Positions 14,801 to 27,100 of a DNA stretch of 64,000 bases are shown one piece after another. Below the pieces are notes generated by a model, which saw nothing but the letters and a program-made list of their open reading frames with translations, made no database searches and had not been told where the DNA came from. The position numbers and the translations under genes were made by a program. Numbering within the stretch: the first letter of the stretch is position 1; each line of letters starts with the position of its first letter. This DNA comes from Mytilus trossulus (taxonomy: Eukaryota), in NCBI RefSeq assembly GCF_036588685.1, contig NC_086377.1, positions 61,876,001-61,940,000 of the forward strand, written 5' to 3'.

Positions 14801-17800
14801 TTTTTAATGTTCACCGGCAGACGACTTTGTCAACACCGACTCCAATGAAGTGAAATTTCGATTACAACTGTGAGAAGATGAGGAAGTGGGGAGGGGCAGG
14901 GGAACGGTCCCCTTATGGAATACCATATTTGTAAAGTGCTTACACTTTTTTTAAAGTAACAGTCAAAATATTTGCTGACTAGTCCCTTTTTTTAAGTGGT
15001 TTATCATTTTCAAACAAAATGGGTGACGGATCTATGAAATGTCGTAATATATAGGCAATCGCACCGCAATCCAATCTGTAAAAATCGAGAAATCGTTATT
15101 ATGTGTCTTTGTATGTACATGTATATTTCATCTTTTAGTATCATAGAAAGAAAGATGCAAATGTGGTTCAATGGAATCTTTTGTGTAACTATTACAGCTA
15201 TGTTTGTTTACCAATCACAGTTTCTCTGATATAGACAGATGTGGCATATACAATTTGGTATACATTGGCCTTATGTATTAAAGCAGAGTTCAAGATTTAG
15301 ATAAAGCAAAACTTAAGTATATGGAATTTTATAGAGGTACGGTTAATTTCCCTGTATTTTTTATACTTCATGTAACGTGTCGAAATTTTGTACTTGCAAA
15401 AATCCAAATTATCCATTTGATAAAGCACATATGATTTACATAACAATGCACAATACAAGTGTACAACATATAAAACATCAGTGAAAATTAACCACAAGTC
15501 TATTTTATTGGAAGGAAAAATATACATGGTCCATAATCTCATGCTTTGTTCTTTTAATGATAGCCTAACGAATGGATATCAAGAATACTTTTCAGATTCA
15601 AACTCTGAACCTTTCCAAATTTAAACTCTGAACCTTTCCAAATTCCAACTCTGAACCTTTCCAAATGCGCTGTCTAGGCATGTAAGTAATATTTATACTT
15701 CCATGGTTTAGGTATCTATTAAAATCTGAGATCAAAATTTCCATAAGTTTTTTTTAAATATAAAGGTCTGTATACAAAGGTCGTAACTTGAGTTTATCAA
15801 TTATAATCCAATATGCAGTTTAAAACTCCCCTGCGATTTAAATTGCTTATGGGTGTCCAACAGATCGTTTAATAATAAATACTAAAAACTTGCAAATACA
15901 TGTACATGTATCTGTAAAATTGAAGTCGTGTGCCATGCATCTGAACAAATTTTTATAATACAGTAATAAGATAATCACGTGTCCGAAAATATGCAAAACA
16001 AATATATGTGTAAATCTAAAAGTACACATTTGACACTACATGTATGGTCTTAGTAGAAAAAAAATAAAGGAAATTAGCTGCTCTCCATGTTTAAACTATT
16101 TTTAAAATGTTTGCCTTTTTAAAGTTACAGATGGTGAATTTCACTCCTTCTTTTATTGCGAAATAAATAAACATGTAAGAAATGATAAATTCTCTGCAAA
16201 TGATTTTCAAAATACTGATTTTATGTGTTGCACTAACAGACAAAAACATACTCATCATGATCAATAAATAAAAAAAATCAGCATATTTTAGGCTCGTTTG
16301 TAAACTGAGGACAGGGCTTGATTTACCGATGCATGGTTTAAAGTTTTGTGGTTTATTAATATGCTGTAATTTGTATTTAGGTTTTCACTATATTACATGT
16401 ATATACTTGCAACAATAGATACATGTATATATATACATATATATATTATATGTATGTGTATATGTTACGTTTTTTTTTCTGTTTGTCACAAACACGTTTG
16501 ATTTGTTGAAATATATATGACAATAAAGATTATTATTATTTATTTTATCAACGCCTGACTTTTAATTATTCAGGTTTTTTTTACCCTAACCATGGAAGTG
16601 AAATAACTAAAGAGGTTATATGACCTCATTGCCCTAACTCTAATGTAAATAAAATCTGGCAGATATTTTCACATCCGCAAGAACAAATGTTTCGTAGTAG
16701 GGTGCATTTTCTGATAAAGGATCAAAGGACGCCAATAGTACTTTATTATAAAACTTTCATCACAATAAAATCGTGGCGTTCCTGATCAATTAACTTAATG
16801 GGACGTGTTAAACTATTATATGATAATTTGAACTCTGACTTGATATATAGTCGTTTATCTACAAATTTAGAAAATCGACATATAATCTAAACAATGTAAA
16901 GTTCTTTTTATATATTTACAAATGTAGACGGGTGTTTAAATAGTAAATAATATAAATGTATATTCCATACAGTTTTTTCTCTTTCTTTTATTTATTGTTG
17001 CACCATGCATTGCATGAATAGACTAAAAGAAAATATGTCTACTTAGCTAAAAAGCTGCTACGAAAGGCGATGTAAAACATATAAATTGTATTCTAAAATA
17101 CATTTTATAATATCATAACGTATTCTATAGTAAACATGTTTAGACAAGGAATCTACATTTTTTGTATTGATCCTTTTTAATATTATTAAAAATAAAAATG
17201 CATAATGGATATTTTACTATTTTTCGAAAGATATTTATCAGAGATATTTACTAGAATAATTAAATCCTGAATAAATCCCTACTGAACCATTTTGTATATG
17301 CGGATATAAACATTCGTTTGATAACATGTAAGAGATGTATAACGAATCAGATGTGGATACAAAATATTCCATAGACTTTTTTCCTCTTGTAATCCTATAA
17401 AGATTTTATACTTATATTTAAAATTTTAAATCAAAGTTATTTGTCCAATTTTGCTTTATAAAAAAGAAAGCAAAGTTTAGCGTAGATACTGATATCTGGT
17501 TTCATGGAGGAATAAATTATACTTGGTGATAGACCCCAAGGGTTGACTGGGATTTAGATATATTGTCCTCTTTGGTACTAATGGTTCCAGTAGTAAAATC
17601 CTTGCGCTATTGCGGCTTCCATTTTGGTTGTTTGGATACATAAATATAGGTAGTCGTGCCTCTTCGGAATTAGGACAGGAACTTGATATTCAGTGGTTAT
17701 CATTTGTTGGTGTGGTTATTTTTAAAATATAAGACCGTTGGTTTTCCCGTTTAAACGGTTTTCCACTACTTATTTTTGGGGCCCTTGTTGAAGACCGTAC

Positions 17801-18908
17801 TTTGACCTATTATGGTTTACTTTAGTTAAGTTTGTCTCTCAACTTGACTTATACATCTAGAAATTGACCGTGATGGCCGATTTCAAACAAACACTTGACA
17901 TAAAAGAGATGATGGCGTCTACCTAACTTTTTATGTCTTTGAAAAATATCTTAGCAGCTCTTGTGTATAGCTTGTATAGCTCCATTTGATACAATATTCC
18001 GGAGCTTTTATGTCCTCACACAATTTCTGTGATACTATTGATGTTTGTCTAAGGTCTAGGACAAATGTGTCATGCATTATCAGGATGAGACCAATTAAAA
18101 GTAAATCTATACAATATTTAGGTCCTGGAATAGGGGTTATACCGGGATGGTGCCTGGAAAGTTGGAATGCAAATTGAAAATGTTGGTATATGGAAAAGGA
18201 ACAGAATTTAGGCTTTGTAACTGACCAACGCCGTTCCTCTCACAGAATTGTTACAAGGGTTCATACTTTAATAAAGCATCGGCATCTTGTAACGTAACGT
18301 TGTCTTTCTGACCGGACGAATTTATACATCACACACAGTCCAGCGTGTCTTCTGTCGTGGTAAGATGACCAAACAATTATCATGTTTCTAGACCCCTGAC
18401 GACAAATAGGATCTACTTGATAATAAGAAGCAAGCTATAAACCCATGGGTTCCACGTGATGTAGTTATAGTTATCCTTTCGAAAAGAGGGACAAAAGATA
18501 CCAAAGGGACCGTCAAACTTATAGATCGAAAATAATATGACAATCTGAGCTGCTACGAACCAATCTCGTGTTGGTTACAATTCAGTAATATTTATTTCAC
18601 AGATAACCAGCAATATGTTCCTTAGAGTATTGCATGTTTTGATCGTCCTGTTTGCCTTGAACGTTACATCTAGGAATGAAACTTCTTATCAAATTTGTTC
18701 ATAAATGATCAACATGACGGTTGCCATTTATGAAGCATGATCTGCATATCCTTTAGGAGCCGGCACAATTTTAGTTCATTTCTTGGAAGCACAACACTTA
18801 TTGTTATATACATGTACGTATTGTTATTTGAAGTTCATGTGAATTAATCGTTTCTTTCAATAAATATTGTGAACTGTTGATAGACAATGGTAATGTTAGC
18901 TTGTCGGG

Positions 18909-19000
18909 CACAGGCACTTGTCTCAGAAAAATAAATGTTCCTATGTATACCTGTTATATTAACGTATATAGGATTTTTTTTTCTGAGACAAGTGCCTGTG
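18909..19000. mobile_element. Micro-MITE, copy in the second 8-kb unit
   Basis: Same TIRs and TTGTCGGG TSD. Confidence 0.85.
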
Positions 19001-22000
19001 TTGTCGGGGCCTTTTATTGCCGACTATTTATACGGTATTGTTTTTTGTCATTGTTAAAGGCCGTGCAATTGCTTATAATTGCTTAAATCCTCTTCATATG
19101 AACTTTGGTGGATAGCTGTCTCATTGATAGGAATACCACATATCCTTATTTTTATATTGTGTTCTTCGTTGAGTAAATACACCTTCTTCGAGAATAAGTT
19201 TTTAATGGCAATTCTTGGTGGTGTTCCCGAAGCTGTCTTAGGATAATTACGTGTTCTAAGACTATCTTATGACATGTCTTTGTCTAACTTGATCTATCGC
19301 ATTGATCGTCCTAACCGTAGGACAGTACACCTATTTATATGCATTAAAATGCATTAGTATTTAATTAAAAACCCATATTATACTAGATTCTTTATCTATA
19401 TATTCTTTTGGAACTTACATAGTTCTCATTAATCTCTTATTTTATATCATTGGTTGAAAATTATTGATGTTTTTGCCCTTCAAATTAGAAAGATAATATC
19501 ATTGGACGTTTCAAGTTGGCTGGACTTCAACTTCATCAAAAACTACCCTAACCAAAAACTTTAACTTAAATTTCGCACTATCATTTCTATGTTTAGTGGA
19601 CCGTTATCAGGGTCAAAACTTTAATTTGGCATAAAGATTAGAACGATCATATTACAGGGAACATGAGTACTAAGTGTCAAGTTCATTGAACTTCAACTTC
19701 ATCAAAAACTACATTGACCAACAAAAATTAACCTTGACCGGTACAGACGGACGGACGAACGGACGGACGCACAGACCAGAACATATAATGTCTCTCTTTT
19801 ATCGTAGGTGGGGCATACAAACGTAGGAAAAAAATATTTCAATATACGGCAGGGGGTCATGCTTACATTGCTTGTGTATTTTCCTGAATAAGTTAAATAA
19901 TACTTATGTCTTCATATTTCAGTCTTAACAATTCAAAATTATAAGATTGTGTTTCTTGTTTGCCTATGACATTGAATTTGATATACATGTATATATATAT
20001 ATTATTTTCTGTATTTGTTTTGGCTCACATCGAACAGCAAGCTATTAAAAATAACTAGTGTAAAACCAGTCAAATGGCAAACCATAGGTTTAATTTATTT
20101 AAAAAACGAGAAACGAGAAACACTTATGAACCGTATTTATCAACAGAACACCAGATTCCGGACTTTGGTCATGTGCAAACAAAAGCAAGGGGTTTAAACG
20201 TTTTAATTGGTACAGACCCCTTACTTTATCTGAAACAATAGTGTATTATCACAACACAGAAAGACAGGGTCTCAAGAAAGATTAGCTTTATAGCTAACTG
20301 TGTAACCATCTTTAAATAAAGAATTATTATTATTATTATTATTAGACACGTGACAGACATAGACAGACATATATAGCTTGTCTTACGTTTTGTGAGATTC
20401 TATCGTCATTGTTATCTTTAGATATTTATCTTTGGTCGCATGTTTTTTTTTGCTCACTCTTTCGTTCAATGCTTCTTTCATTTATACATTTGAGTTTCCT
20501 GCGAAAAGTTATGATGTTCGGAAGGGTCGATTTTTACCCTCCCGGAGCACCTGAGATCACCCTATTTTTATGTGGGGTTCGTGTTGCTTATTCTTTAGAT
20601 TTCTATGTTGTGTCATGTGAACTATTGTTTTTCTGTTTGTTTGTTTTTTTAAATTTTTTGCCATGGCCTCTTGTCTTATGAATCTAGAATCCTTGCATAC
20701 TAAACTCAAAGGGACACTTTAGACGGAATTGGAGAAGGAAGATTTTTAAAAATATATATTAATATCATATGTAAAACCCATCAAAGTACACATCCTTTTA
20801 TTCAGTAAAAATAATGTGTTTAAGAGATTGGTAAACAATTGATAAATAAAAATTCGCTTCATGCATAAAACTAATTCACAAAGAGTTAACAAAGATATTC
20901 ACTTGAAAAATCATTCCAGAGGTCTAGATGAACAAAATTTAATAAAGATTTGAATTTAAACAATACACCACAACCCTGTGCAGAACACAATCGTAACTAT
21001 TTAAGAAGCATTTCAAAATCTGTAAGAGTGTCTAAAGACATTTTTTACCAGACGCTTTGTTGAAACGACCCCTGTCAAACTTCATATAGGAAACATATAA
21101 ACCTCGTTTTTGGAAAAGCGGAAAATTAGATATTTTTAACAGACAATATTTATCTAATATACCAAAAATTATATGAATGATAAATTATCTGACTGTAAAT
21201 AAAATCAACGTGCAGACATCTTAAAATATCAGGGTTGAACTGCTCGAGTTTTGTTCCGAACAAACGGATTTTTCTACACGTCCTACGATAAAAGTGCAAG
21301 AAAATCAAAGTAATGTTAAAAAGAAAGTGGATATTTTGATTCAAATGCTACACTCAAAAACAGATGCATAAAAAAAAAGAAGCCAAAAGATTAACGTCCC
21401 TGTACAAATTGCAGTAAGTAATTATTCATTGTGCATATGGGAAGGGATAGCTTATATACAATCTTTATTTTTATGTAGTGCAACATAACTGTTACAATGC
21501 ACTATGTTTGCGAAATGAAAATTCAACACTTTTAGCAAATTGTCATTTATTTTTATTTTTCAACGGATTACAAAGCTAAGCATGATTGTTGTCGGCAAAA
21601 GATTCGCATGAATATTGCACGCTTACAATTTGTATTAATTGTACAAAAACTGGGACATTTTACTAACTTTGAAAACATGTTGTTGTGTTTATTATAACGT
21701 AATATTAATGAAGTCGTGAAATTCTATGTATATATATTTTACTTTTTGTATAATTTGAGACTTTCTACACATATACATTTGTTCAGTTCTCAGTTTTTTT
21801 TTATTGTATGCATGCAATTAAATGCATTCAAATGCAAAAGAGCGTATCTTTTCCCTTTCAGCAATAAATACAGTGTGGTTTCCATCAAGGTATGACTAAA
21901 AAGGATTTCATATGGAAAACAAAGAACGAAGCTGGCAATATCCTTAAGTATGTTTATAATTAAATGATTTTAAAATTCCGTTGGAAATTAAAAAAAAATC

Positions 22001-22232
22001 GCATGGTTTATCTACATGCAATTAATCAGTTATGTATGTGTCAACATTTATCAGTAAACAATTCGGTTTTCGGAAATGATTATGGTCAATTATCTGTGAT
22101 TAACGACATTGAAACAGTTTGGTTTTTTTTTAATAAAAAACTAGACCAAAACATGATCATAAAGTTAATTACTTTCAATCTTTTATCATAACTCTAATTC
22201 GAGTATAAATCTGAACTTTTAAGTCATTCTAA

Positions 22233-22935
22233 ACAGTCAGGGGCATTACTTAAACAAGTAACTTTTTTGAGTTACTTATATAGGTAGTTTTTGATTTAAA
22301 AAAATATAAAATTACTCAATAGAGTTATTTTTAATTTCAATAGAAGCAGGGACTAAATGTCGTTTTCATGATTTTTTTACATCTTTCATTTTATATCATA
22401 AATTTAAGAATTTGTAAGATTTGAGAGGAGAATAGACATAAAGGGTTACTTTAAAAATAATGACAAAAATGTTACTTGAATAAGTTATTTTGTACATCTT
22501 TGAAAGAATTCGTAATAACACTTATTTAAGGAACATATGTAATTGTTTTGGGTTACAAATTATATTACTTCAAGTCTTAATTAATTCATAAGTTTCTATC
22601 TATTTATATCTGTCTACCTTTAAGATTTTGAAGGAAAACGATATTTTAATAGTCCCAAGAGACCAACTTTTGACCAAGAAGCGTCGATATCAAAGATAAG
22701 TGCGTCAGAAAAGCAATTCGTGTTTCAGAAAGATTATATTTTATATTTCATGGGAAAAATAACCAGATGACTGTAAAAATTTGTTAAAACTAGTAAAATT
22801 TGTATAATTGGTCACCTATAAAAATAATATTTAGAAAAGTTACTTATATAAGTATTTTGTAAAATAGCCTCGTTTTCAACATTACTTATATAGGTAATTT
22901 AAAAAGTTATTTGTTTAAGTAATGCCCCTGACTGT
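22233..22935. mobile_element. ~700-bp MITE with a TAA TSD (PIF/Harbinger-like)
   Basis: TIR ACAGTCAGGGGCATTACTTAAACAA at both ends; TAA at 22230-22232 and 22936-22938. Confidence 0.8.
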
Positions 22936-24057
22936 TAAATGAAAAGTTTGCAAGATATATTAATTTTATTTAATTATCATACTTCAATTCAGATTCAAAC
23001 AACTTTTCAGCACACATTGATTGTTTTACCGACATTTGTTACACGCTTGCTTAAGAAATGATCTCCTTTGTTCAGCTGTAATGTTCAGTAAGATTAATTT
23101 TCAAATGATTTTTTTTCAGATATAATTCTGCAGAGAATAAGGAGATGTCCGATTTCATCATTGAATTCGTTAAAGGTCAATATCCTGACGAAGTGGAGGG
23201 GGTTGTAAGAGGTTTGTAGTACAACAAAATAAATAATTAGAATATTGGCGAAATTGCAGTTCTGCGGTACTGATAACTTTCAATAATATTTTGAAACGCT
23301 ATATAGTTTCCATACCATAAATAAATTTTAGTGTTATCGAATCACTTACTAGCAAATGCATAATATCATGTAACTTTAGTAGATTTATTTTCATTTCGAT
23401 CATATCATATCAAAACAATCTACAATGGACTACCAATTGACACGGTTTATGCTCAATTCGAGAAAAGCAATCGTTTGTTTAATTATTATTTTGAATTGCA
23501 TTAAGTAGATGTTTTGTTTTGTAGAAGGAATAAAGACAATTTTTGAATCGTTCAAAGCAAAGAAACGAAGAGAAGAGACTGGTAAACAAGAAGAACATAA
23601 CAAGAAAATGGCTGTGTACAGCAGATTGAAAAGAGTAAGAACTGTTTTTTTAATATGGTAAACAATTTGGAAAAAACCCTGATTCTTGGATTACTTTAAT
23701 CTGTATTAGTTCAAAAAAAAAAGCAGTGGTATATAGATTTCTGATACATCAATTTTAATTTTCAGCAAACTGCATATACAGTCTATTATAACAGTCAACG
23801 GATTTAGAGTGGAGCTTCATTTGTTATTATATACTTATATCACTCTAAATTAACAATGATTAGGGACCCCTTTTAACTTAATTCATTTTCTGTTATAAGT
23901 CATATGGTTCGCTACTGACCCCATACGGATCCATAGAGGGTTAGTAAAATACATAGGGGGTGAGGCCGTAACGCTACAATAAAATGTCGACTATTTCTTA
24001 TGGCGTCAGATATAGGATCGCATACTAGAAGTTGAATAATTTTGCAGGTGCTTTTGG

Positions 24058-24199
24058 ACAGATATATCATATTATGGAGGGGTATTTGCAGAAAATACCA
24101 ATCAAGGGACTGTGAAATTTCCCGAGTCGCTAGGCGAAAAAAATCTGTCCCAAGACTGGTATTTTTCACAAATACCCCTTCATAACATGATATATCTGT
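24058..24199. repeat. ~140-bp imperfect hairpin, part of a nested non-autonomous element (~23890-24575, possibly Crypton-like); mirrored at 34469-34610
   Basis: ACAGATATATCATATTATGGAGGGGTATTTG ... CAAATACCCCTTCATAACATGATATATCTGT, followed by ATTACACC ... GGTGTTAT short inverted motifs. Confidence 0.6.
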
Positions 24200-27100
24200 T
24201 TAATTACACCGTATAGTTTGGAATGAAACTCTTTGATTTTTTTTAACTTGAAAGCTACAATTCATTAACATTTTTATGCACAATTTTGAGGCTAAGAGGA
24301 AATTATCATAAAACTGTGGTAATTATACATGTACTAATACGCGTTAGCTCGCTTTTTTATGTAACGTCATATCTAAGTTTTTTTGAGGGAGGATGCTCGA
24401 GAGGGTGAAAAAGGAATATCCAAAATGACAAATACCATGGTATTTCAGGCAAATTCACCGGCAGTGATGAAAAACAGGCAAATTCGTTTGAAATGAGGAA
24501 AAATATTAGAATATGCGAAAAATACACTGGCTATCAACCAATCAAAATCTGGCTTTCTTATATTAGGTGTTATTACATACAAAAAAAAAAAAATAGATTG
24601 CTTTTTGCTGGACGTTAGTGTTTATAGAAATAACGAAAATAATAATGTCTTTATTGAAGGAGAGTTATTGAGGCATATATAGAATCTATTCAAGTTGTAT
24701 GTATTCAAAATGAAATTAAAGGAATTTTGATTAGAGCTTAATTCGTTTTTTAGAAATTAAACAACAGAAAAAAGGCATTAAAAGAAAAATCCAGCATGCC
24801 AAAAGAACAAAAAGAAACAGTTATGCAAAGTATGGAGATATAGTATATGTCTTCTGAACAAACCGATTCAGAACTGAGACGAAGGGTCGTTTATCGTCAC
24901 ACATCTGCCTTGGAGGTCTGACGACTTTGACAAATTAGTCAAAAAACCTAGACCAGAAACACGAAAATAAACTGAGCAAGAGAAGCAGACGGCAGAATAA
25001 TATTTGAAAGGTTGGGGCAGTTTCTTTAAGGAAAAAAACAGAAGTCGTGCCAGGACATGAATGGGTGTTTAGATAGTAAAAATCATTGATTAAACTGTAT
25101 ATTGTTTAGGTATGCAGTAATTGCTACATGTAATTGTTATTAATTTTTACATAATTAAATGTCCAAAGCTACAAAAACAAAGAAAAACGCTGGTAATTTT
25201 CTATTATTATGTTAACATATTTCAGTCTTCACGAAATCAAATAGATGCGAACAATTATACACCCTCATGTCAGCATATACCGTCTTCAACAACAAGCGGG
25301 TCGTAGGAGGATGTTTTGATACAAATAGTTAATTTAAAGTGCTTCTTGAAACAACAATACTGTAGTAATAGGCAAAATTATAAATAACATATCATTGGCA
25401 AACAAAATTATAACCTTTTTGATTTGAAACCTAACATCACGGAAAATATATGTAAACAATGATTATTTTATTGAATTTTCTCCGTTGTTTTTGTTCAATA
25501 TATGATGTGCTCCTGCGTAAACAAGTAGTTTATTTAATTTGCACACACACAGTAGTAAATTGTTTAAGACAAAATGGAAATTCTTTGAAATAGTGAGAAA
25601 CTTCGGATAAATTAAATTTCAATATGTTTTAATGTTTCTTTTGTGTGTGATTATACAATATATGAAAAAGCCATGTAGTAGTAATAAAAGTGAATCTGCT
25701 ATCCTGATGTAAGCAATTATACAATGCATGTAGACAACAGCTGGTTTTACATTAAAAATCCTTGTCTTTGTGAAATTCTTCATTGTGTATTTTGCTTATT
25801 GGTGTCCAAGCAAGCATAATCAAATATAATATTTAAAACACATACACACGTACGTAACTATGGACTTATAATATTATGGGATTCGTTATACCAATTGAAC
25901 AATGAAAGGGAAACAACTCTTGTTAGAATAAGAACATTTTTCGTATCTTTAAAAAAATGAAGATTTTTTAAAAGTTTAATACGAAGGAAAATGAAGGTAT
26001 GTTTAAAGTGCAGACATAGATAAACAGAATTTTGCTTTAATTGTAAACTTATTTAAACGTTACAAACTCATATTTAAACGAATGATTTACACTTATTAGT
26101 TTACAAGTTATGTCAGTTGAAAAGTGATAAGATGGATATTTTGAATATATATATGTAAAGATTAAGAGTGAAATAATTAGCAATTACAAAAAATCAAAAT
26201 AAATCAAAAGAAGAGAATAAACAACATTCACTTTTGGATATCGGGTGTTGTAATGAAATTAAATATAAAAACGGTACAGCAGCAGGATATTTAGAAAGTT
26301 TTGTTTTAACTTAAAGTTTTATAAATACGTTCATAATTATTAAGATTCTTATAAAAAAATTCAGTATGATAATTTTCGTATAATTATTATTTTTATAAGA
26401 ACGGGGTAACCGGTTGCATATAATTGGGTGCTTTTTAAACCATTCAAATTACGTTGGATTTCATTATTCAGCTCAAACTTTTGTATTCAAAGGGAACTAA
26501 CTCTTTCTATTAAAACAATTGTTAGTTTAAAATTAGGATCAATTATGTCATAAAATGGAATCCATCACAACAGGAAAATATATATGTTACATATACTGTT
26601 CCCAGACCACAACAATAGGATTCTTCAAATATCGTAATATTTATTATATTTAAATGTTATGTCTTATGTATGTTTTATTGTTCCTTAAAACAGCTCAGTA
26701 TAACAAAAAAAATCAAAAATGCACAACATTAGAGTTGTATAATTCAATATGTATGCAGATATTGTTCTTGTTTTCAAATTATTATAGAAAGGAATGTTAG
26801 TTCTTTCATATGTCATGTATTTGTAAATTGAAAATAAAGAATAAAGTTAGTTAATATGTTATACAATTGTTTTTTTTATTCAGGTTTTCGCTTTAATCAG
26901 GCAAATTCTCCATTACAGACAGCTTGTTTCTCTCATTGTAATTATCTCATATTTTGAGGCAGTCATGAGTCTTTGATTCGAATTATTGGTTGAGGCAACT
27001 TAGGGTGCACAATTATGGCTTCATTTGTAATACTGGCGAATTTTTGCATAAACAAATATGTCATGCATTATGATAGAGTTTGTAAGAACTGTTATTGGTG

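Larger units (their letters stand above)
4686..20717. repeat. Internal direct tandem duplication of ~8.0 kb in transposon copy 1 (units ~4686-12700 and ~12701-20717)
   Basis: Junction ...CAAAGGGACA|CATAAAGCGAAG at 12700/12701. The ORF track repeats with an offset of 8012-8016. Copy 2 has only one unit. Confidence 0.97.
21222..25076 (+). pseudogene. Spliced, decayed transposon-internal gene (coiled-coil + YMSSE..PWRS-type uncharacterised protein). Exons ~21222-21413, 21862-21889, 23120-23211, 23525-23634, 24754-25076
   Basis: The last four exons have canonical AG/GT borders with matching phases: INTVWFPSR-YNSAENKEMSDFIIEFVKGQYPDEVEGVVR-EGIKTIFESFKAKKRREETGKQEEHNKKMAVYSRLKR-KLNNRKKALKEK...YMSSEQTDSE/DEGSFIVTHLPWRSDDFDKLVKK/LDQKHENKLSKRSRRQ...HEWVFR*. 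The last exon has two frameshifts and in-frame stops. Confidence 0.7.

Noticed and set aside
5900-20681. Repeated 60-90-aa ORFs conserved between copies
   Set aside because: The conservation reflects recent DNA duplication only; several overlap interspersed repeats and none has a recognisable domain.
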